From an uncultured bacterium (lineage in GTDB: Bacteria; Chlamydiota; Chlamydiia; Chlamydiales; JAAKFR01): a DNA stretch of 64,000 nucleotides. Position numbers and translations under genes: made by a program. The notes under the pieces were generated by a model. The model ran no database searches, was not told the origin of the DNA, and worked only from the letters and a program-made list of their open reading frames with translations. Where the stretch lies: positions 9,833-73,832 of the forward strand of contig CAZPPS010000009.1 of the NCBI GenBank assembly GCA_964588495.1. The letters are read 5' to 3'. Shown in pieces: positions 17,958 through 27,100 of this stretch (positions are counted from its first letter, which is position 1; each line of letters starts with the position of its first letter).

Positions 17958-20690
17958 ATGCAGGGATTGTTAAAAGACGAGATTCGAAAAGCTCTCATAA
18001 CCTATCCAAAGGTTTTTGATACCCGTTTACAAGCTGGCTTAAAACGTTTGATCGCCAATTCCCAAATCGATTTTATCCCTTTACGCTCTAATGCCCATAT
18101 CCGAAAACTGCTCCTTGTCCAATATTTCCTCCAAAGGAAAATGGAAAAAGTAATGGGGGATATTAAAGAGCAAAAACCTCTTTTTTTAAAGCTTTTTCTG
18201 CATGAATCGAGGATTTGCTGTTCGGTCATTTTCCCTTCTTCTTACGATTTCAATCGGGAACAGCTTCTCAGCATTTTCAATACGCTACTCCCCGGAATAC
18301 AAGACATCCCCAACTCTCTCTATCGCTGGTACCATCCCGAATATGCTTATCAATATTGTTATGTTGAGCTTGAAAAGTTAAGGGGAAGGGCGCTCACGAC
18401 TGCAGATCTGAAACATATTGAAAAAGCCTTGAGAGAGCAGCTTCTGGCCATTCCACCTCTCACTCCCGCTCTTTTCTGGCCCTACAACGAAGAAGAATCT
18501 TTCAGACAGATTCAGCTGTTGCGCAAAGAGATGCAAAACCCAAGAGAGCTGCCCCACATTTCTATTCTCTTTCAGGAACAGACACTCACTTCTCTTGAAT
18601 TTATGGTCCACTATGTAAGACCTAAAGCTGAAAGCAAAGCGGGCAAAGGCTTAACTCAAACGCCTTTTGATCTGTTCTGGCGCTTCCAAAAAACCCTCTC
18701 ACACCCTTTTCCGATTGAAATCGGAGCTTTTTCCATAAAGGTTCCTTCCTCAGTTTTTGATGTCAAAGGCTCGATCAATCTGCTTTACGCAAGGCGCTTT
18801 ATTTCCAAAAATCTGGAAACCATTTTTGGACCATTCCGAGACTACAATGGGGGGCTTTTTGAAAAGCAGCAGTACTATTTCGAATTTATCAGAGTCAATC
18901 TGTGTGACAAGATCCCCCTCTTTGATCTGTTTGCAGAAAAAGTGTTTTACGCTCTCCATCCTGTCGAGGCAAGGCTCGCTCTTTCGTTAGATGATGCGGA
19001 AAATTTATTACTCGCCTTTTCAGAAACTCTGCAAAACCAGCAGCCTGTGGCGTGTGCACAAAAAGGGACAAATGTCACTGTGATCAAAAATCCAAGTGGT
19101 GCTGAATCTCTAGCTTCATTTAGTGAGATCGATGATCAAAACGAAATCCATGCCTACCTGACTGTGGGCAATGCCGATTATTTATGTTGTATTGGTGAAA
19201 ATAGCCGTAGACAGATCCTGAACCTTTTAGCAACCAAGCAGCGGACACAAAAAAAACTTAAAAAACTCGATTTAAGCTTTCAAGAAGGAGCTCCTCCCTC
19301 TTTAAATCCCCATCTTTCTTCCAGTGATATGCGCTGCCGCATACTCAGCAAGCTCCTGTTTGAGGGGTTAATGCGCTTAAATAGAAACGGGCAGCCTGAA
19401 TGTGCCGGTGCTTTGGAATATGAATGTCTAGAAGGGGGTTTGAGCTACATTTTCAAACTGCGCTCTTGCTATTGGTCTAACGGAGAAAAAGTCACTGCCA
19501 TCGATTATGTCACCAGCTGGCAAAGAGCTTTAAGAGAGCATATCAGCCATCCCGAACAGCTATTCATTATCAAAAATGGACGCCTTTTTAAAGAATATAA
19601 GTGTGATGGAAAAAAATTAGGAATCCGCGCCCTGAATCCTCAAACACTTGAAATTGAACTGGAGCGGCCAGATCCCCGTTTTTTACACAAACTGGCGCAA
19701 CCCTTCTTTTTCCCCCTTTTCGGCTCTATGCGTGAGCCCAAGTGGTTTAATGGTCCCTATTTGATCCGAAACCGCTCTCAGGAAGGGCTCCTTCTCGAGA
19801 AAAACCCTTATTTTTGGGAGAAAAACAACCCCTTTTTCGAGCAGATCGAAATCAAGTGGCAAAATGATGTCGACAAGATCTATCAGCTCTTCCAGGAAGG
19901 GAAAACGGATTGGATCGGAGATCCTTTAAGTACTCTCTCAACATCGCTCATCGAGGCTCTCGAAAACCAGGGAAGATTGATCAAACGGAAAGTGAATCGA
20001 CGCTTTTCTGTCCATTTCAATACCCAATTTTATCCCCTCTCTTCTCCTTCGATTCGGCATGCATTAAGTCTTGTCATTGACCGCCCTTTAATTGCAGAAA
20101 CCATATTCCCCCCAAGCGCGCCCTTAAAGCACCCTCTATATCAGGAAAGTGAGGCCGTGGCGCTATTTGATAAAGGGCTGAAAGAACTTGGACTCACCAA
20201 AGAGACTTTTCCCCCACTCACATTTAGCTATTCCCACCAAACAGGAAGGGAAAAGCTGGGTCTCTATCTCAAAAATGTGTGGGAAAAAAAGTTGGGCATT
20301 ACAGTTCACTTACAAAAAAATGAATGGAATCTTTTCCGCAACAAATTGGAAAAGGGGGAATTTGAGATCACAGCAACCATTCATGAAACACTCGAAGAGG
20401 CTCCCCTTGAATTTTTAGAAAGGTTTGAGGGGTCTAGTTCCTGGAATTTTTCCCAATGGAAACAACCGGCTTACCGTGATTGGCTTCTAAAAGCTCAAGA
20501 AAGTCACGATCCTAAAGTACGCTACGAATGCATTAAAAATGCTGAAACCATTTTGCACGAAGAGGCCCCGTTTACACCCCTTTTTGGGTGTATACACCTT
20601 TTTGCACACCATCCCGACTTAAAAGATTATTTTTTTGATCCGGAAGGGTGCGTTGATTTTTGCCATGCACGTCTTGAAAAAGAGGAGTAA
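17958..20690 (+). CDS. family-5 solute-binding (OppA-like) domain fused to a ~435-aa N-terminal domain of unknown function; no signal peptide seen
   Basis: Residues ~437-910 are paralogous to the downstream OppA-like protein (LSFQEGAPPSLNPH vs INFQEGDLPSLHPH; PYFWEK vs PYYWDH; NFSQW in both). No match was recognised for the N-terminal half. Confidence 0.75.
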   Translation: MQGLLKDEIRKALITYPKVFDTRLQAGLKRLIANSQIDFIPLRSNAHIRKLLLVQYFLQRKMEKVMGDIKEQKPLFLKLFLHESRICCSVIFPSSYDFNREQLLSIFNTLLPGIQDIPNSLYRWYHPEYAYQYCYVELEKLRGRALTTADLKHIEKALREQLLAIPPLTPALFWPYNEEESFRQIQLLRKEMQNPRELPHISILFQEQTLTSLEFMVHYVRPKAESKAGKGLTQTPFDLFWRFQKTLSHPFPIEIGAFSIKVPSSVFDVKGSINLLYARRFISKNLETIFGPFRDYNGGLFEKQQYYFEFIRVNLCDKIPLFDLFAEKVFYALHPVEARLALSLDDAENLLLAFSETLQNQQPVACAQKGTNVTVIKNPSGAESLASFSEIDDQNEIHAYLTVGNADYLCCIGENSRRQILNLLATKQRTQKKLKKLDLSFQEGAPPSLNPHLSSSDMRCRILSKLLFEGLMRLNRNGQPECAGALEYECLEGGLSYIFKLRSCYWSNGEKVTAIDYVTSWQRALREHISHPEQLFIIKNGRLFKEYKCDGKKLGIRALNPQTLEIELERPDPRFLHKLAQPFFFPLFGSMREPKWFNGPYLIRNRSQEGLLLEKNPYFWEKNNPFFEQIEIKWQNDVDKIYQLFQEGKTDWIGDPLSTLSTSLIEALENQGRLIKRKVNRRFSVHFNTQFYPLSSPSIRHALSLVIDRPLIAETIFPPSAPLKHPLYQESEAVALFDKGLKELGLTKETFPPLTFSYSHQTGREKLGLYLKNVWEKKLGITVHLQKNEWNLFRNKLEKGEFEITATIHETLEEAPLEFLERFEGSSSWNFSQWKQPAYRDWLLKAQESHDPKVRYECIKNAETILHEEAPFTPLFGCIHLFAHHPDLKDYFFDPEGCVDFCHARLEKEE

Positions 20691-20693
20691 ACG

Positions 20694-22241
20694 ATGAAAA
20701 AAATCCTTTTGATTATTTTATTAATCATGACCCCAACAGCTTGCCAGAAGAAAGAGGCAAGAGTTGAAAAAACTCTGCGCATTAATTTTCAAGAAGGAGA
20801 TCTTCCTTCGTTACACCCTCACGATCTTGTGATTTACCTCAGAGGCCTATCTCTTGCAAAAGTGTTGTATGAGCCTCTGACCCGTTTGGGTGCCACAGGA
20901 GAAATTGAGATGGCGGGGGCAAAAAGTGTCTACCTCTCATCGGACCAGCTCACTTATACTTTTATCCTCCGCGATAATTTATGGTCCGATGGATCAGCTG
21001 TGACTGCTTTCCAATACGAATCTGCGTGGAAAATGGCGTTGAGTCCAACATCCACCTGTTCGCGGGCTGATTTGTTTTACTGCATCAAAAACGGGGAATC
21101 GGCCAAAAAAGGGAAAGTAGGACTCGATAAAGTTGGTGTCCATGCCCTTGATGCTAAAACGCTCGTTGTCGATCTGGAATACCCCTCTCCCCACTTTTTA
21201 GAGCTGGTTTCACAGGCAATTGCTTGCCCTTTAGCCTCTGATAATAAGGAAATCGAAATCTTTAATGGACCTTTTGTAGTCTCTGAATGGAAAAAAGGAA
21301 ATTCCCTTCATCTCAAGCCCAACCCCTATTATTGGGATCATAAACATGTAGAGCTGCATGGGATCGATATTTCCTTCGTAGAAGATGCCCATACCGTATA
21401 TTCCCTTTATGAAAAAGGGGATCTGGATTGGGTAGGAGTCCCTTTGTGTCCCCTATCTTCTGAAACCATTCAACACCTTGCAGAAGAAGAGGCGATCCAA
21501 TCAAAAGCCATTGGGAGATCTTTCTGGGTCTTTTTGAATACCAAACACCCAGCTCTTACATCTGCCACGATCCGCAATGCCTTAAGCCTAGCAATTGATA
21601 GAGAAGCTGTCACACAACATGTGCTTGTGGGGGCGGAGCCCTCAACCAAAGCCCTTGCTTGCGAACTTCTTCCAGGGACAACAACCACTTCCCTTAAAGA
21701 AAACCTCGACGAGGCTAAACATTTGTTTGAGCAAGGTTTAGAAGAGATGGGTCTCACTTATGACACCTTCCCCCTTTTAGAGATCAGCTATTCTCAACAA
21801 GCGAATCGAAAACAGCTTGCAGAATACCTGCAAGAAAGATGGCACACTGTCTTTGGAATTGATGTACGCCTGAAAGCTGAAGAATGGAATGTCTTGCGCA
21901 GTAACCTGGAAAAAGGACTATTCACTGTGAGCATGGCCTATGAGGGCTCTTTTTATAACGATCCCTTGGAGCTTCTCGAGCGCTATGCCAGTGATAATCC
22001 TGGCAACTTTTCCCAATGGGAAGAGCCTCATTTTGGAGAAAAAATTCAACTTGCCAAAGCGGAAAAAGATGAAGATATCCGGATGAAACTGCTCGAAGAG
22101 GCAGAAGAGATCTTGATGAAACAAATGCCTTTCATCCCCATTTGCAGCGACCGTCTGTTCTTCGCTCACTGCCCAGAACTGGATGGTTACGTTTTGGATT
22201 CGCTTGGCGCTATCGACTTCTCCACCGCCTCTTTAGAATAA
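20694..22241 (+). CDS. oppA: oligopeptide-type ABC transporter substrate-binding lipoprotein (SBP family 5)
   Basis: Lipoprotein signal MKKILLIILLIMTPTAC plus SBP_bac_5-like motifs along its length. Confidence 0.85.
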   Translation: MKKILLIILLIMTPTACQKKEARVEKTLRINFQEGDLPSLHPHDLVIYLRGLSLAKVLYEPLTRLGATGEIEMAGAKSVYLSSDQLTYTFILRDNLWSDGSAVTAFQYESAWKMALSPTSTCSRADLFYCIKNGESAKKGKVGLDKVGVHALDAKTLVVDLEYPSPHFLELVSQAIACPLASDNKEIEIFNGPFVVSEWKKGNSLHLKPNPYYWDHKHVELHGIDISFVEDAHTVYSLYEKGDLDWVGVPLCPLSSETIQHLAEEEAIQSKAIGRSFWVFLNTKHPALTSATIRNALSLAIDREAVTQHVLVGAEPSTKALACELLPGTTTTSLKENLDEAKHLFEQGLEEMGLTYDTFPLLEISYSQQANRKQLAEYLQERWHTVFGIDVRLKAEEWNVLRSNLEKGLFTVSMAYEGSFYNDPLELLERYASDNPGNFSQWEEPHFGEKIQLAKAEKDEDIRMKLLEEAEEILMKQMPFIPICSDRLFFAHCPELDGYVLDSLGAIDFSTASLE

Positions 22242-22246
22242 TCCCC

Positions 22247-22304
22247 TGCCTGTGCCCGTGCCCGCCCGTGATCCGGGAAAGGGGCGGGCACGGGCACAGG
22301 CAGT
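22247..22304. repeat. GTGCCC-hexamer hairpin, perfect 22-bp stem (likely bidirectional terminator)
   Basis: CTGCCTGTGCCCGTGCCCGCCC, a 14-nt loop, then GGGCGGGCACGGGCACAGGCAG. It lies between convergent oppA (stop 22241) and pyk (stop 22308). Confidence 0.8.
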
Positions 22305-22307
22305 GAA

Positions 22308-24065
22308 TTAAATGACGCCCTTGTAGATGACAGCCTGAGAGGGGTCTAGCGTCACCAATTGCTCGTTACGCAGCACTTCGCTGGCGCCTTCTACACGCAA
22401 AATGGCCGGCAATTTGAGCTGTTTGGCCATTTTTCTTAAGTATTTCTCCGATTCGGTGTCGTCGATGTGGTTTTGCAAGATCACGCCCGCTGCATTTTGA
22501 AGAAGCGGCAGATAACTTTCATCGCATGTGTTGATGACGATGATTTGGCCCCGCACCGAGTAGTCTTTGCTTTCAGGTGAGGGGTGAAGGAGTACTTTGC
22601 CATGGATTTTAGAGCCGATCCCTTCTGCGCCCCTTACAAGAACATCCCCAATGCTATCTACAATCATCATATTGGTGGTCCCAGGAAGGCCAAAAGGGGT
22701 TCCTGCAGTAATCACAACCAGATCGCCATATTGGACAAGCCCCCTTTCCAGAGCAAAATTGCTAATCATTTTTTTTGCCTCTTCCACTGTGTGGGCATCC
22801 TTACACAAAATAGGTGTCACGCCCCAGTGAAGGGCCAGCTGGTGGTACACTTTTTCATTGGGAGTCAGCGCAAGAATAGGCATTTCAGGACGCAGGCGCG
22901 CAAGAAGCCGGGCAGTTGTTCCTCCCGTTGTGAAAGCAAAAATAGCCTTGGCATTCGCATTATAGGCAGTATTGATACTCGCCCCTGCAACAGATGAAGG
23001 GACATCAAAAAAGGCTTTGCGGGAAAGGTGTCTGAAAAAATCGTAGTAGGCAAAATCGCTCTCCGCCTCTTCAATGATCGCTTTCATCACTTTGACAACC
23101 TGGATGGGATAGCGCCCCACAGAGGTTTCGCCGGAGAGCATCACAGCTGATGTGCTATCATAAATGGCATTAGCAACATCTGAAGTTTCTGCCCGTGTAG
23201 GACGTGGATTAACAATCATTGATTCGAGCATTTGAGTGGCCGTGATACTGGGCTTGGCAGCGGAAATACTTTTCCGAATCATCATTTTCTGAAGACGGGG
23301 GACTTGTGTTAAAGGCAGTTCCACCCCCAAATCTCCACGTGCCACCATGATCCCATCGGCTACCTGGACGATGCTATCAAAATTTTGAACGCCTTGCCGG
23401 TTTTCAATTTTTGCAATCACAGAAATATCAGATCTATTCTGTTCTTCAAGCAATTTTTTGATGGCGATCACATGCTCCGCAGAACGGATAAACGAAGCCG
23501 CAATCCAATCGACATCCTGTTCGCAGCCAAAGCGGATATCTGCCACATCTTTTTCTGTCATCGGCGGCAGTTCAATATCGGCCCCTGGAATATTCACTCC
23601 CCGGTTTGATTTGATCACTCCGCCATGATTGACCTCAACTTTAACCCCTCGCTCCCCGATTTCGACCACATGGGTAATGATGTAGCCATCATCGAGAAGG
23701 ACAAACATATCCTTTTTCAGGCAATCCAGAACCATGGGAGGCGTAAGTGTAATTTGTTCTTCATCGCCGATCACATTTTCTTTCACAAGCCAGAGCTGTT
23801 GCCCCTCTTTGAGAGTGAGCTGATCGTCTTTTAGCTTCCCCAAGCGGATCTCCGGCCCTTTTGTATCGAGCATGATCGCCAAAGGGACCTTTAACTTTTC
23901 CCGCGCTTGTTTTAAATAATTGATTATTTTTCCATGCTCTTCATGGTTACCATGACTAAAATTGAGCCTGGCCACATTCATGCCGGCATCAATCAGGGCT
24001 TCGATTTTTTCAGGGCTTGCCACTGCAGGACCCATTGTGCAAACAATTTTTGAGCGTGTCATCAT
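22308..24065 (-). CDS. pyk: pyruvate kinase with extra C-terminal PEP-utilizer-like domain
   Basis: Canonical PK N-terminus (KIVCTMGPA..NVARLNFSHG) and motif MVARGDLGVE. At 585 aa it is ~100 aa longer than minimal PKs. The tail resembles the mobile domain of Bacillus-type PKs. Confidence 0.92.
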   Translation of the reverse strand: MMTRSKIVCTMGPAVASPEKIEALIDAGMNVARLNFSHGNHEEHGKIINYLKQAREKLKVPLAIMLDTKGPEIRLGKLKDDQLTLKEGQQLWLVKENVIGDEEQITLTPPMVLDCLKKDMFVLLDDGYIITHVVEIGERGVKVEVNHGGVIKSNRGVNIPGADIELPPMTEKDVADIRFGCEQDVDWIAASFIRSAEHVIAIKKLLEEQNRSDISVIAKIENRQGVQNFDSIVQVADGIMVARGDLGVELPLTQVPRLQKMMIRKSISAAKPSITATQMLESMIVNPRPTRAETSDVANAIYDSTSAVMLSGETSVGRYPIQVVKVMKAIIEEAESDFAYYDFFRHLSRKAFFDVPSSVAGASINTAYNANAKAIFAFTTGGTTARLLARLRPEMPILALTPNEKVYHQLALHWGVTPILCKDAHTVEEAKKMISNFALERGLVQYGDLVVITAGTPFGLPGTTNMMIVDSIGDVLVRGAEGIGSKIHGKVLLHPSPESKDYSVRGQIIVINTCDESYLPLLQNAAGVILQNHIDDTESEKYLRKMAKQLKLPAILRVEGASEVLRNEQLVTLDPSQAVIYKGVI

Positions 24066-24127
24066 AGAAGCTGTGATAGCAAGTTTAGTGAATATTTTCC
24101 AGTGTTCATACTATAATCAGTGGTCAA

Positions 24128-27100
24128 ATGGAAAAACACCCTATAGTTCTTAAAAAAGTGAATGTTCATAATCTCAAGGGAATTGATATTACCCTTCAGA
24201 CGAATGAATTGATAGTCTTTACAGGCGTCTCAGGATCAGGCAAATCCTCCCTTGCTTTTGACACCCTTTTTGTTGAAGGACAAAGAAGGTATATCGAATC
24301 CCTTTCCACGTTTGCCCGCAGATATCTGGGCGATCTGGTCAAACCCGATGTTGAGTATACCTCAGGGCTTGCTCCCACAATTTCAATCGAGCAAAAAAGC
24401 GCCTCCCAAAATCCAAGGTCCACTGTTGGGACCATGACAGAGATCTACGATTACTTACGTGTTTTATTTGCGCGCGTTGGAACGCCCCACTGCCCTGTCA
24501 GCGGCGAAGCTGTCAGCCCCCAGAGTAAAGAACGGATCATCAAAACCATTCAGGCCCTTCCTGAAAAGACAAAAATCATGGTCATGGCCCCCGTTGCCAA
24601 GGATAAGAAGGGGGAATTCAAAGACGATTTCAAACAATTTTTGCGTAAAGGTTATACACGGGCCCGTGTCGACGGGAAAATTGCAGATCTCAGCGAAGAG
24701 ATCAGTCTGGAAAAAAATATTGCCCACACCATCGATCTGATTATCGATAGACTCTCTGTAACAGAAGAAAATCATTCCCGAATTGCCGAATCTGTGATCG
24801 CAGCCCTTGAGCTCGGTTCTGGTGTTGTCAGCATTTTTAACACAGAAACTGAAGAAGAAAAACTTTTTTCTACCCTTGCCTGGTCCCACAAATCGGGCCT
24901 TTCCTACGCTTCTTTAGAGCCACACGATTTTTCCTTTAATAGCCCAACGGGGATGTGCCCTAAGTGTAGCGGCCTTGGATTTATACAAGAATTTGATTTG
25001 GAAAAGGTGATCGATCCTGAAAAAAGCATCGAAGAAGACTGCTGCAGCATCGCTAGCTCGTTTCAAACAGTGCGCTACGGCAATATTTACCGCAATCTTG
25101 CCGAAATTTTTGGATTTGATCTTTCGACTCCTTGGAAAGACCTCTCAGAAGAGGCTAAAAGGTTATTTTTATATGGGAGTGACAAAAAGTGGATCCAAAT
25201 GCATTTTGTCCATCCAGACAGACCCCAAAGCTGGACAGATTATGTCCACTGGAGCGGCGTTTTAAATGAAGCCCACCGCCGTTTCATGGAGGCGACAAGC
25301 GCCAACTATCGAAAAAAAATGCAGGCGCTCATGCATGAAGGAGTTTGTCCAGAATGTCACGGAACACGCCTCCGCCCTTATCCTGCTGCCACAATTCTTG
25401 GAGGTTTAAAAATCCATGAAATTTGCCAAAAAGACATCGCAGGTATCCTCCAATTTTTCCAAAATCTCCACCTCGATCCCACAGAAGAAATCATCGCTGA
25501 AGAGCTTTTGAAAGAGATCGAAAGAAGACTCCAATTTCTCATCGCTGTGGGGCTCCATTATTTAACTCTTGAGCGAACAGCCCCTACCCTTTCAGGCGGT
25601 GAAGCCCAGCGTGTGCGGCTAGCTTCTCAGGTGGGATCTGGTCTCGTTGGAGTGACCTACATTCTTGATGAGCCCTCCATTGGTTTACATCCACGGGATA
25701 ACAAGAAGCTGATTGCTACCTTAAAAGAGCTCCGAGATGTGGGCAACACTGTGATTGTTGTCGAACATGATGAGGAAACCATTTGGGAAGCTGACCGTGT
25801 TGTTGACTTTGGACCGGGCCCAGGAGAGCTTGGTGGAAAGATTCTTGTGAATGGATCTCTTAAAGAGCTTCTCGAAAACCCTGATTCTGTGACGGGCGCC
25901 TATCTAAGCGGTAAAAAAACAATCCCGATCCCCAAAAAAAGGCGCAAAATCGATAAAGACGAAGCCATCGTTATCAAGGGAGCTTCCCACAATAACCTCA
26001 AAAATATCGATGTGTCCTTCCCTCTTGGGGTCATGATCGCAGTCACCGGAGTGTCCGGTTCGGGCAAATCCTCTTTAATCACCGACACGCTCTATCCGGC
26101 CCTTTCTAATCACCTGCACAATGCAGAACATGCGATTGGCAAACACAAAAAAATGAGCGGAATCGACAAAATCGACAAAGTTATTGCCATCGATCAAGCC
26201 CCTATTGGACGTACGCCAAGATCTAACCCTGCCACCTACATCAAATTCTTCGATGAAATTCGGGATTTGTTTGCACAAGTGCCCGAAAGTGTGGCTAAAG
26301 GGTTTTTGCCGGGAAGATTCAGCTTCAATGTCCGCGATGGAAGCTGTCCTCAGTGTCACGGCATGGGAATGCTCAAAATCGACATGGATTTCTTGGAAGA
26401 TCAATGGGTGGTCTGCCAAACCTGTCAAAACAAACGTTTTGATCATGAAACGCTCTCCATCCACTATAAAGGGAAAAACATTCACGATGTCTTGGAGATG
26501 ACAGTTGCCGATGCCCAAAATTTCTTCGCCAATATTCCCACTTTGAAGCGGAAGCTTGAGACCGTTGCTAAAGTGGGGATGGAATATATTCGCTTAGGGC
26601 AACCTTCCACAACCCTTTCTGGCGGGGAAGCGCAGCGGATCAAATTGGCCAAAGAGCTTGTCCGCCCAGGCACTGGACGGACTCTTTATATCCTTGATGA
26701 GCCGACAACCGGACTTCACTTCCATGATATCGCAGCTCTTTTGAAAGTGCTCCATGAGCTAGTTGAGCGGGGCAATACGGTTTTAGTCATCGAACATAAC
26801 ATGGACGTTGTCAAAACGGCCGACTGGATTATTGATCTTGGAACGGAAGGGGGAGCAGGAGGTGGGCAACTCGTCGCCACAGGCACTCCTGAGACCCTTT
26901 TGAAAATGGATACTCCCACTGGAAACGCCCTCAAAGAAACTTTTTTTCCAAAAAAACATGCGCTCACTAAAAAAAGAGAAGCTGGCGCGGAAATTCAGGA
27001 AATTATTGTCCAAGGAGCTGAGCAAAACAACCTAAAACGGCTCGACATCTCCATTCCGCGGGGTAAACTCACAATCTGCACAGGACCATCCGGTTCGGGC

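Noticed and set aside
24085-24127. TATAAT at 24112-24117 as the uvrA promoter -10 (it would give a near-leaderless mRNA)
   Set aside because: There is no convincing -35 at proper spacing, and AT-rich hexamers are frequent here. This cannot be supported without transcript mapping.
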